Shown here piece after piece: positions 53,135-62,253 of a stretch of 64,000 nt of DNA (the first letter of the stretch is position 1; each line of letters starts with the position of its first letter). The stretch lies in contig CP147778.1 in assembly GCA_037305845.1 (NCBI GenBank), forward strand, positions 928,001-992,000. Direction: 5' to 3'. The stretch is from Candidatus Freyarchaeum deiterrae (GTDB taxonomy: Archaea > Asgardarchaeota > Jordiarchaeia > Jordiarchaeales > Jordiarchaeaceae). Below the pieces are notes generated by a model that searched no databases, was not told the DNA's origin, and saw only the letters and a list, made by a program, of their open reading frames with translations. The translations under genes and the position numbers were made by a program.

Positions 53135-53728
53135 TTGGTGATGTTTTTGGGAAGGGTTATTATTATTTCGGGTTGTCCGGGTACTGGGAAAACAACTCTT
53201 AGCTCTGGCTTGGCCAGTGTTTTGGGTGTGGAGATTATAAGTTTGGGTGAGTTGGTGGAGAGAGAAGGTCTTTATAGTGGCGTTGATTCTGATCGGTATA
53301 CTAAAGTGGCTGATTTAGATAGGTTGGTTCCGAGGGTTGTGAAGCTTATAGAGGAAGCTGGGGGGCGTGTTATTGTGGAGGGGCATTATGCGGATATTGT
53401 TCCTTCTAAATTTGTTGATGTTGCGATTGTTTTGAGGACTCATCCTGAGGTGTTGGGTAGGAGGTTGGAGGCTAAGGGTTGGAGTGAGCGGAAGGTTAGG
53501 GAGAATGTTCAGGCGGAGATTCTTGGGTCTTGCACTTTTGATGCCTTGGAAGCTTATGGAGGTAAAAATGTGTACGAGATTGATACCTCCAATATTTCTG
53601 AGGGGGAAACGGTTTCGTTGGCGCAGAGAATAATTGATGAGAAGCCGAGTGAGTATAGGGCGGGTAGAATTGATTGGCTTTCCTTACTTGATGCTGACGA
53701 CCAGTTGGAAAAGTATTTTTCCTCTTAA
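53135..53728 (+). CDS. Adenylate kinase AK6/Fap7-like
   Basis: GCPGTGKT, VEGH, RLEAKGWSERKVREN. Confidence 0.88.
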   Translation: MVMFLGRVIIISGCPGTGKTTLSSGLASVLGVEIISLGELVEREGLYSGVDSDRYTKVADLDRLVPRVVKLIEEAGGRVIVEGHYADIVPSKFVDVAIVLRTHPEVLGRRLEAKGWSERKVRENVQAEILGSCTFDALEAYGGKNVYEIDTSNISEGETVSLAQRIIDEKPSEYRAGRIDWLSLLDADDQLEKYFSS

Positions 53729-53744
53729 AAGAAGAGTTTTTGGT

Positions 53745-54143
53745 TTACCTTTTTTTCACTTTTTCCATCAGTTTTTGGACGGATATTTCGTAGAGTCCGT
53801 CTCTCGCCGAAAGAATCAGTGGTTTCCCGTTTACTAAGCCGTCCACATCGATTTCGAATACCCCGATGCCTTCGGCTCTGACGGCTTCTAATCCCTTTCC
53901 CTTTGATTTTTCAGAGTTGTTCTCAGTTATTATGCTGCAGGTTAAGGGAGAATGGGTTTCGTCGGGTTCTCTTTGTTCTTCTTTTACGTTTGTCTTTTTG
54001 ATTTCTTTTTGCACTTTTTCGAGTTTAAAAATGGTTGACCCGCAGTTAGAGCAATGAAATGTGCCTTGTTCAGGTGATAACTGTGTTCCACACTTTATGC
54101 AGTAATGTATGAATTCGGTTTTCGGTTTTTCTTCTTGATTCAA
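53745..54143 (-). CDS. OapC-like Zn-ribbon protein (DUF2072)
   Basis: CIKCG..CSNCG; GVFEIDVDGL, GLYEI; operon context. Confidence 0.75.
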   Translation of the reverse strand: MNQEEKPKTEFIHYCIKCGTQLSPEQGTFHCSNCGSTIFKLEKVQKEIKKTNVKEEQREPDETHSPLTCSIITENNSEKSKGKGLEAVRAEGIGVFEIDVDGLVNGKPLILSARDGLYEISVQKLMEKVKKR

Positions 54144-54157
54144 GTGGTGTATCCTTC

Positions 54158-54520
54158 TCAGTCTTGTTTGAGCATCAGGGAAATTATGCTGGATGTTTCT
54201 CTGAGAATGTTTACACTGTTTGCGGGTGCTACTATGGTTATTTTTGATTCTCCATTGGGTTTGTTTTTGCGTCTCATTAACCCCTTGCCTGTGGGGGTTT
54301 TTTTGTTGAAGGTTAGTAATTCTATCCCGGTGAATGTCTCGTAGTCTATTTCAACCATTGATTCTCTTATTAGGTCTGCTTGCTCCTCCGGTTTGAGAAC
54401 GTCTTCTATCACTAGAATTACGTTTTGTTTAACCTTCCCTACTATTAATTTTATTTTATCCTCGGAGGTTAAGCCGTTAACAATCCATTGGGGTATTATA
54501 TCTATTCTCGGATTCATCAT
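54158..54520 (-). CDS. OapB-like protein (DUF2073)
   Basis: LKPEEQADLI..MVEIDYETFTGIE, TIVAPAN. Confidence 0.8.
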   Translation of the reverse strand: MMNPRIDIIPQWIVNGLTSEDKIKLIVGKVKQNVILVIEDVLKPEEQADLIRESMVEIDYETFTGIELLTFNKKTPTGKGLMRRKNKPNGESKITIVAPANSVNILRETSSIISLMLKQD

Positions 54521-54538
54521 TTTCCTTTCTCACCCTTT

Positions 54539-55153
54539 TTAGCGCGACTCCGCTATTACCTTGTAAAGTTCTTCTATGTTTTCTCCTGTTAGAGCGGATA
54601 TGGCTACGCTCTTATGATCAGGAAACGCGTCGTAGACCAGCTTGGGACGCGAATGAGGTAGGTCTATCTTGTTTGCAATGATAATGTTCGGTATGTTTTT
54701 TGCTTTCAGGTTTCCCAGAATAACAAGGTTAACCTGGTCGAAGGGCACCTTCGTGGTATCGAAGATGGTTAGAGCGAGGTCTACGTTGTCAAGCCATTGG
54801 ATAGCTTCAACCACACCTTTAGTAGCTTCTTTGGCTCTTTCAATTGCTTCCTCTTTCGATAATCCGTGCTTTAAAAAGGCCTTATAATCGACTTTACTAG
54901 AAATGCCGGGCATGTCTACAACATTCATTTTGAGGCGTCTTCCATTGTAGTGCATCTCTAGATGTTCTACGACGTTAGCGGTACGAGTTTCGTGTGGAAT
55001 AGGGGAAGCTTTCCCAGCTTCTTTTCCCATCCAGTCGGTGCAGATTCTATTTGCAAGAGTTGTTTTACCAGCGTTAGGACTACCATAAATGCCGAGTGTA
55101 AACTCACCATTTCTCCTAAAGGCACCCGAAACTTTTGAGAACCAGTCTACCAT
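54539..55153 (-). CDS. Era-like GTP-binding protein (OapA-like)
   Basis: GSPNAGKT, PHETR, DMPG, NKID, SAL. Confidence 0.88.
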   Translation of the reverse strand: MVDWFSKVSGAFRRNGEFTLGIYGSPNAGKTTLANRICTDWMGKEAGKASPIPHETRTANVVEHLEMHYNGRRLKMNVVDMPGISSKVDYKAFLKHGLSKEEAIERAKEATKGVVEAIQWLDNVDLALTIFDTTKVPFDQVNLVILGNLKAKNIPNIIIANKIDLPHSRPKLVYDAFPDHKSVAISALTGENIEELYKVIAESR

Positions 55154-55691
55154 TTTACTCCACCAATCCTACTCTACTAAACAAAACTTCAGAGGAATCG
55201 TTTCCTCCTACACCTAAACTAGGATAACAGTGACATAGAGCCGTTCTTAAAACATGTTTACAGTCCTCATTGGACTTTGAGTTTTCAGGGGACGTGGTAT
55301 AATGATAGAGTGTAGTGAAAGGTAGATTCGCAGTGCGAGAGTAAATATTCGAAAGTTTCAGCGACATAACATTCACACCAGGTCCCTCAGTAAAAACAGA
55401 TTTAGCCGGCAATAGTTGTTTTGTTGTACTTATAATTTAAAAATATGTAATATGGGGATAACACTGAAATCCTACCTAGAAACAAAATTGTGGAAACACC
55501 AACATTTTTCTAACAAAATTCAAAAAGCTATTACATTTATCAGAAACTGTATCATTAGTTACATAATTAACTCGCATCGCCGTTTCAAATCGGTTTTAAA
55601 ACTAAATTCTTTATGAGGATAGCACTGATTCTGAGAAGTTTTATATATTATTTAATATTTATAGTTCAGAAAAACATATTGAGGAAAAAAA

Positions 55692-56177
55692 ATGTCCACA
55701 ATAAAGAGGAAAGTCTTCAAAGTTCTGAGTTGGACTGCTTTAATTGCAGGATTAGTCGGATTCGTGGTCAGCGCTCTCATTGTTCCGAATGCTTTACGAG
55801 TCCACTTTGTTCCATTGACGCCTATCCGAGGAGCTAACAACTTTGATCAACCAGTACTCTTAACATATGATGGCTACATTTACGATTTTAACGCGATGAC
55901 GAATATTAATCTGATGTTTCCAAATGGTACGGTAATCGGGAGTAATACAAGCCTAGCCGCATATCCTTTAGGATTGTACGCAAATTCATACTCTTTCGCA
56001 ATTATAGATCTTTCAATCAACTGTCCCCAGTCAGCCATCGATTGGTCAAAGGCAAACAATCAACCGTTATTTGTATTTACAATCATTGAAGCATGGTTCA
56101 ATCTTCCACTCGGTGGTCAGAACGTTCTCATAACTCCTGTCACAATTTATAACCTTTACCCAGTCTATCCTCAATAG
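55692..56177 (+). CDS. Membrane-anchored hypothetical protein
   Basis: N-terminal TM followed by a beta-rich domain. Confidence 0.6.
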   Translation: MSTIKRKVFKVLSWTALIAGLVGFVVSALIVPNALRVHFVPLTPIRGANNFDQPVLLTYDGYIYDFNAMTNINLMFPNGTVIGSNTSLAAYPLGLYANSYSFAIIDLSINCPQSAIDWSKANNQPLFVFTIIEAWFNLPLGGQNVLITPVTIYNLYPVYPQ

Positions 56178-56192
56178 TATCCGGAGGAATGA

Positions 56193-56726
56193 ATGTTGTC
56201 ATTTTTTAAGACGATATTAAGAAATCCGCTTTACACTGGCATAGTCTACGGAGTGGAATACTTCGTCACTTTTTCAGTTGTACCCCTCTTAGTGGGTTCT
56301 GTCGCAGAGCAATTTGGTATCATAATACAGAGTTTTAATTCTCTAATACTGATAATAATTGGAGCAGGGATCGCCACGCTGATTTTCTTTCAGAAGTTTT
56401 TGCGCAGGAGCCATTTTAGGCTGAGTGGTGGTTTTGGAATAGCACGATATCTGGTATCACTGGGATATACCTATGTTCTATTTGACATGCTACACTTTAT
56501 TTGGGTCTATGGTTCCATTTATCAGATTCTCTTAAGTTCAATTTTGCATTCGAGTTCAATGACATGGATTACAGTTGATTACAGCTTCGTTCTATGGGTC
56601 GTAATAATTGCGTTCTTAATCAGATTCGTTCGATACAGCTATCAGATCATTTTCGCCAGTGACCTCAAAGGAGAAAAAGGAGTAGAAACACTAGAAGAAG
56701 AAATAAAAGAAGAAGTAGAAGACTAG
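56193..56726 (+). CDS. Four-TM membrane protein with acidic tail
   Basis: Hydrophobic helices; GGAGG RBS. Confidence 0.7.
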   Translation: MLSFFKTILRNPLYTGIVYGVEYFVTFSVVPLLVGSVAEQFGIIIQSFNSLILIIIGAGIATLIFFQKFLRRSHFRLSGGFGIARYLVSLGYTYVLFDMLHFIWVYGSIYQILLSSILHSSSMTWITVDYSFVLWVVIIAFLIRFVRYSYQIIFASDLKGEKGVETLEEEIKEEVED

Positions 56727-56869
56727 AAGTGAAAAAGAGCGTACCCCGATAAAAAAAACATTTTTTTCTTTTTATGTTCAAAATAAAATGTTTCAGACTT
56801 AGGAAAAGTGGGAGTTAGTAAACTTTTTATAGTTTTATTTTGCTTTCAGTAAGTAGGGAAAGTGGTCTC

Positions 56870-57559
56870 ATGAAGCTTCTCGGCGCGGCTAAAATAAGCG
56901 ATAAGAACAGGATAACCCTATCAAAGGAGGTAAGAGATAAGTTAAAAGTAGACTCGGGGGATCTCCTTCTATTCTTTGAAGATGACGAAGGAAACGTTTT
57001 GGTTTGTACAGAGAACACCTTACCCTCAGGAAAAAGCGGCGTAGAAGCCCTTAAGTTGCTGGTAACCGGTCCCTACAGCGCTGGGAAGAGCACCGTTGTT
57101 TCTAATCTATCGAGAAAAGCTGCAAACATAGAGGCCTTCGGGACCACGGTTGGCCTAGACTTTGGTAGGAAATACGACGAGGTTAATGTTTTAGACATTC
57201 ACATTTTCGGTACTCCGGGTCACAAGCGTTTCGCCTTCCTGCAGGAGATACTCGCTCAGGGAAGCGCTGGGGTTCTCTTGGTGGTTGATAGCACAAATCC
57301 CGAAACCTTCAGTTTAGCTCAAGACATACTCTACCGAGTGAAGAGGGAGATAAGTGAAGACGCCCCCATCGTTATTTTGGCCAATAAGCAAGACCTAGAG
57401 GGCGCTCTATCACCCGAAGAAGTGGCCAAACAGCTGAACGTTGGAGTAGATGTACCAGTTGTGGGTACGGTAGCCACGCAGAATCAGGGCCTGAGAGAAG
57501 CCTTACAATTAATACTTAAACAAATAAGTAAAAAAGCGGAAAAAAAGACAAACGAATGA
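56870..57559 (+). CDS. AbrB/SpoVT DNA-binding domain fused to MglA/Arf-like small GTPase
   Basis: KISDKNRITLSKEVRDKLKVDSGDLLLF; GPYSAGKS, TTVGLDFG, GTPGH, NKQD. Confidence 0.85.
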   Translation: MKLLGAAKISDKNRITLSKEVRDKLKVDSGDLLLFFEDDEGNVLVCTENTLPSGKSGVEALKLLVTGPYSAGKSTVVSNLSRKAANIEAFGTTVGLDFGRKYDEVNVLDIHIFGTPGHKRFAFLQEILAQGSAGVLLVVDSTNPETFSLAQDILYRVKREISEDAPIVILANKQDLEGALSPEEVAKQLNVGVDVPVVGTVATQNQGLREALQLILKQISKKAEKKTNE

Positions 57560-57676
57560 GAAGCCTCAACTTCCTCGCACTCCATAATTGACATAACTAA
57601 GCTTCGAATCAGCGAATGCTTCTAAATGTGAAATGCGTTGTATTTTATACTCTTCTTCTATAAAATTTATGATTCT

Positions 57677-58717
57677 TTAGTCTTCTATTTCGAATGTTCT
57701 TCGTATCGCCTTAATTATATGTAGTATTGAAGCGTTTTCTAGCTCTGAGGCAGTTATCAGTCCATCCTGAGAGATTATTAGGGGAACCGTTATCTCTTCT
57801 TCGGTGATTCCACCATGGCTTCCCTCTGTTTTCATATCTCCTAGCTCATAGCCCTTTTCAGCTGTTACAACTAAGTCGCCGCTTCTTGGATGGAGAAGTT
57901 TTAACTCGGAAATTCGTTCACTTTCCATAACTTCTTGGATGCCCTTGGTTTCAGTTAGAAATTCGTATATCTGGTGCTTTTGTTCTGGGGTGTTGATGTA
58001 TACGTGGGAGGTTCTATGGGTGGCTAGTGTGATAGCATCTAGATTTTTTTGTCTGAGTAGTTTGTTTAGTTGAATTTGTCTTTTGCCATCGGTCATCCCG
58101 TGGTCTGCGGAAACAATCATGCAAACTTCTTGGCCTTGGGAGTGATACACCTCAAAAATTTTCTTTAGAGCTTTATCTACGTCCTCAACGATTTTTATGG
58201 TTTCTTTGCTATTTGGTCCGTAAGTTTCTCCTATACTGTCAACTGCGGTATAGTTTGCTACTATAAGGTCTGGTTTTTCTTTTTTTATTAGTTTGATAGA
58301 TTCTTCTAATACTTTGCTATTCTGGGTTAGAACTGGGAAACTTTGAATGTAATTTTTCGAAACAATGTGTTTTGCCCCTTTTGTGACTGGTTCTGCTATA
58401 GCCGCTGTTTCTAATCCGGCTGAACTCGCTTCTTCGAAAATGGTTGCCGCTTCAATGCTAGCATTAGGGTCATAAAAGTCAAAATTTCTCGATTCCTTAG
58501 CTTCCCTATCATAGAACAGATTACCAACTATACCGTGCTCTTCAGGATATGTCCCGGTAATTATGGAGGCATGTCCGGTATAGGTTGCTGAGGGAAACAC
58601 CGTTTGGCAGGACATGGTAGATACGCCGTTATTTGACAGTTGGCTCAAGAAAGGGGTCTTTGAATTTTTTATCCAATTGACATTGCAGCCATCAAGAACC
58701 GCTAGGTAAACCTTCAT
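57677..58717 (-). CDS. Alkaline-phosphatase-superfamily (NPP-type) hydrolase
   Basis: LDG, FPSATYTGHASIITG, SADHG, GSHGG. Confidence 0.88.
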   Translation of the reverse strand: MKVYLAVLDGCNVNWIKNSKTPFLSQLSNNGVSTMSCQTVFPSATYTGHASIITGTYPEEHGIVGNLFYDREAKESRNFDFYDPNASIEAATIFEEASSAGLETAAIAEPVTKGAKHIVSKNYIQSFPVLTQNSKVLEESIKLIKKEKPDLIVANYTAVDSIGETYGPNSKETIKIVEDVDKALKKIFEVYHSQGQEVCMIVSADHGMTDGKRQIQLNKLLRQKNLDAITLATHRTSHVYINTPEQKHQIYEFLTETKGIQEVMESERISELKLLHPRSGDLVVTAEKGYELGDMKTEGSHGGITEEEITVPLIISQDGLITASELENASILHIIKAIRRTFEIED

Positions 58718-58786
58718 GTTCCTCCGCCCAGTAAGAATGAATGGTTCTTCACTAAATTTAAATTAATAGTGTGGTGAATTACTAAT

Positions 58787-60038
58787 ATGTATTTTCAGGA
58801 TATTATACACGGTGAGATTAGACCTGATGAACTAGGGTTAAACCTTCTTAAAACAGATACGATGAAGTCTCTTTCAGGCAAAATGGACATAGGCAATATT
58901 AACTTGGTTTATCCTGACGCTAAGCATACTCGACTTGAGCATTGCTTGGGAGTTATGTATACTGCAAACGAGATTTGCAGCTCCCTTTCAGGAAAAGGCT
59001 ATGAAATTGATGAAGAAGCAGTAATCATTAGACTCGCTGGACTGCTCCATGATATAGGGCACGGGCCTGAAGTGTTCTAACACTTTAGGGTGTAAACCTT
59101 TCTCACACGGGTCGGAGATAATATTTCAAGAAAAAACCGGTCTCACCCATGAACAAATGAGTCAAAAGATAATACGGGAGAAAACATCAGATATTAACTC
59201 GGTGCTTAGAAACTCAGGGATTAGCGACAAGGAAATCAGTGAAATTGCAGACATGATTCTCGGAGTGAATAAGAGGAGACCATTCTTAGGAGAAATAATT
59301 CACTGGATGGTGGACGCTGATAAACTGGACTATCTTCCCAGAGACTCACACTCGACTGGATTTTTACCATCCCTAGTTCAAAGCGCCCCCATAATTGATT
59401 CTATAAAACTTTCTGAAGAACATATAGTTTTTGATAAAAGCGCGATTCCCTACTTGGAGTCTATGGTTTTCGCTGAAGCTTTATACTACAACAACATTCA
59501 TCATCATCCATTAGTGAGAAAAGCTGATCAGACCCTCTCGAGAGCGATAAAAATTGCAATTGAAAAAGGTGCGACAAAACCCCTAGATATACAAAGGATG
59601 ACCGATAACCAGATTATAAATTTCCTCAAAAAAATGGGAGAAAAAGCAGCCCATCTAGTATTAAGAATGCAAAATAAGCCATTACACACTATTCTAACTA
59701 TAAACTGGGAAGAACTCGACAAAGATGCGATAAAACAAGTGTTAAAAATAAAGGATAACTACCAGAAAAGAGAGAAATTGGAAAGCGCCATCGCTAGTCA
59801 CGTCGGCGATGACCCAGATTTCGTCATGTTGGATATACCTCCGCTTCCATACATTCAGGAGGCGGATACGCCTATCATAACCGAAGAAGAAGAGGTAAAA
59901 CTGCTTAAAGGGGTCTCAAACTTAACCAGAGTGATAAGTGAAAATCACTATAACCAGTGGAGCCTTTGTGTCTACTCCGAAAAAGAGTGTAAAAAAAGCA
60001 TGGAAAGCCTTAGAGAATTCCTCTTATCCCAAATTTAG
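58787..60038 (+). CDS. HD-domain dNTP triphosphohydrolase-like (SAMHD1/YwfO type), two exons 58787-59064 and 59096-60038, 406 aa after splicing
   Basis: DIIHG, HTRLEHCLG, LLHDIGHG+PFSH, HE, DADKLDYLPRD. Confidence 0.88.
59065..59095 (+). other. 31-nt bulge-helix-bulge intron in a protein-coding gene
   Basis: AGG/CCT outer helix, GCAC/GTGT 4-bp helix, GGG and AAA 3-nt bulges, 10-11-bp internal hairpin; removal restores HGPFSH. Confidence 0.85.
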
Positions 60039-60202
60039 AGCCTTTAGAAGGTTGTATTAGTTTAAAAACAATAAATTTAGGTCAAAAAAGGTCAAAAATA
60101 ATTTATATTAGAAAGTTTTAAATTTTTACAAACCTATGGAACAATCAGAAAGCGATTGAGAAAATAATGTGATGTGCAAGATCAAAAAAAAGTAGTGGTA
60201 CT

Positions 60203-60730
60203 ATGTCTGGAGAATACGACTACCTGTTCAAGATAATCGTAATCGGTGATGGTGCGGTTGGAAAAACCAGCCTAACCGTGAGATTTTCACAGGGATACTT
60301 CAAAGAAGATTACAAGATGACAATAGGCGTAGATTTTGCTGTAAAAACAGTTACTATTGACACGAATAATGGGTCTAAAACCGCTAAGCTACAGATTTGG
60401 GATACTGGTGGTCAAGAGAGGTTTTCTTACATTCGTCCTTTGTATTATCGTGGTGCTATGGGTGCTCTTTTGGTTTATGACGTTACTAAGCGGGAGACTT
60501 TTGAACATCTAGAGGGCTGGTTAGCTGAGGTTGGTAAGCATTGCCCTTCGATTCCTATGGTGATGGTTGGTAACAAGACCGATATGCCGGGTAGAGCTGT
60601 TTCTTTAGAGGATGCTTTGGAGTTTTCGATTGATCGTAATATGATGTACTTTGAGACCAGCGCTAAGCAAGGAACCAATGTAGAGTTTGCGTTTAGCGAT
60701 CTTACTAGAATTCTGATTGATTACATGTAG
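60203..60730 (+). CDS. Rab-like small GTPase
   Basis: GDGAVGKT, IGVDF, KLQIWDTGGQERF, YYRGA, LVYDVT, NKTD, ETSAK. Confidence 0.95.
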   Translation: MSGEYDYLFKIIVIGDGAVGKTSLTVRFSQGYFKEDYKMTIGVDFAVKTVTIDTNNGSKTAKLQIWDTGGQERFSYIRPLYYRGAMGALLVYDVTKRETFEHLEGWLAEVGKHCPSIPMVMVGNKTDMPGRAVSLEDALEFSIDRNMMYFETSAKQGTNVEFAFSDLTRILIDYM

Positions 60731-60778
60731 CCGAATTTTTTGGCAATTTCTTTATAGGTTTTTCTTGTTTCCAGATTT

Positions 60779-62137
60779 TTATTGATTGTTGGGGTGTGCT
60801 AATTCTTTTATTGATTCGCCTTTTGGAGTGTATACTGGGGCTTTGGGTAATTGGTTGAAGCTGTTTCTTAGTGCTAGTTGGTAGGCTCCGACGTCTAGAA
60901 CTGTGAGGATGTCTTCGGATTCTGTTTTGGGTAGTTTTCTTGGTCCGGTGTTGTTTTTTGGCCAAGAGAATGCATCGTTGCTGTCGCAGGTTATTCCTGC
61001 TATATTGTACCATTCTGTGGGTTTTTGGTCGGCTTTGGTAGCGTTAACTATTTCGAAGTATTGCCCTATCCAAACGGCGTCGTTAGTGTCGGTTAGGGCG
61101 CTTCCGTCTGTTATTATCCACTGGTACTGGTTTTGTGGGTTTTTGCGTGTTTCTGCAACTTTTAGTATCAGTATCATTGTGTTAGCGGTTAACCATCTTC
61201 CTGTTTCTGTTATGATTGCGGGTAGCTCGGCTCCGTTTTTTTGGTATACTTGAGTTATTTCTTGTATGATTTTTTGAGCGTATTCTTCGATGGTGTAGTC
61301 GGGGTTCAGGTTTGTCTGGTTTTGTGGTGTTTTGTAGTATTTGACTGCAATTCCTCCGCCTAGGTTAATGTCTTCGATGGGTGTTCCGAGTTCTCTTCCT
61401 ATTCTGATTGCGTGGTTGGATAGTAGGTTTGCGTTTTTTACCAGTTTGCTTAGTTCGGTTATCTGGGTGCCTATATGGGATTGAATGGCTGCTATTTTGA
61501 TTTTCGAATTTTTTAGAAGTTTGATTGCTGACGGTAATTGTTCGGTGTGGATTCCGAATCTTTCTGATCCCAGAGAAAGTTCTGAGTTCTGGAAGTGGCT
61601 GGCTAGATTTAGGGATAAGCCTGCTTTTAATTCGGTGTTTTCTTTTTCACAGAGATTTTTAGCGTACTTGATTTCCTCGATTGAGTTGAAATTCAGTGTT
61701 ACATCTATATCTTTCTGCAGTTCTATTACCGTTTGTATTATGCTTTTGTGTTGTTTGTTTTGGAGCACATGTTTTGAGGCTCCATTGCAGATAATGTAAG
61801 GTACATTCTTTAGTTCTGATAGAGCGTATTTTAATTCGTATATGCTTACTACTTCAATTCCAAATTTTAGGTCTACCAGGGTTTGGGTTACCTGTGGGAG
61901 AGAATTTGCGGCTACAGCGTAGCAGGGTTTGAATCGAGGATAGTTTCTGAATGCCGCTGTAAGTCGTTTAGCGTTTCTTTCAACTTGGTTTAGGCTTAGT
62001 ACATAGATGCGTGTTCCCAGAGTTTCCGCTAGTTTTTGAATGCTGGAATTTTCGAAAAAGAGTTGCTGCCCTTTAAATTTTAGGGGTTCTGCAAAATCTT
62101 CCATGCCAATGTAGTCTTCTGGGTTGAGTGAGGACAT
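60779..62137 (-). CDS. LysA/ODC-like fold-type III protein lacking the PLP lysine
   Basis: YAVAAN (normally YAVKAN), HIGTQ, NLGGG, ETGR, CDSND, GAY. Confidence 0.85.
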   Translation of the reverse strand: MSSLNPEDYIGMEDFAEPLKFKGQQLFFENSSIQKLAETLGTRIYVLSLNQVERNAKRLTAAFRNYPRFKPCYAVAANSLPQVTQTLVDLKFGIEVVSIYELKYALSELKNVPYIICNGASKHVLQNKQHKSIIQTVIELQKDIDVTLNFNSIEEIKYAKNLCEKENTELKAGLSLNLASHFQNSELSLGSERFGIHTEQLPSAIKLLKNSKIKIAAIQSHIGTQITELSKLVKNANLLSNHAIRIGRELGTPIEDINLGGGIAVKYYKTPQNQTNLNPDYTIEEYAQKIIQEITQVYQKNGAELPAIITETGRWLTANTMILILKVAETRKNPQNQYQWIITDGSALTDTNDAVWIGQYFEIVNATKADQKPTEWYNIAGITCDSNDAFSWPKNNTGPRKLPKTESEDILTVLDVGAYQLALRNSFNQLPKAPVYTPKGESIKELAHPNNQ

Positions 62138-62253
62138 TTGCTTGAATCACTCCAAAGATTCTACTGTTAGAGAATATGAATCGAAACTAACTCGTCACTA
62201 TTGAGTTTTTTGGGATGAGTACAAACACGAAAATATTCAATGAGTGGCTTAAT

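Noticed and set aside
55416-55690. Possible oriC next to the oap operon
   Set aside because: AT-rich but only one GTGGAAAC-like word, no repeated ORBs, no cdc6
58787-60038. Treating the split HD gene as a simple frameshift pseudogene
   Set aside because: The insertion forms an exact BHB whose predicted splice restores the motif, and both halves are otherwise intact
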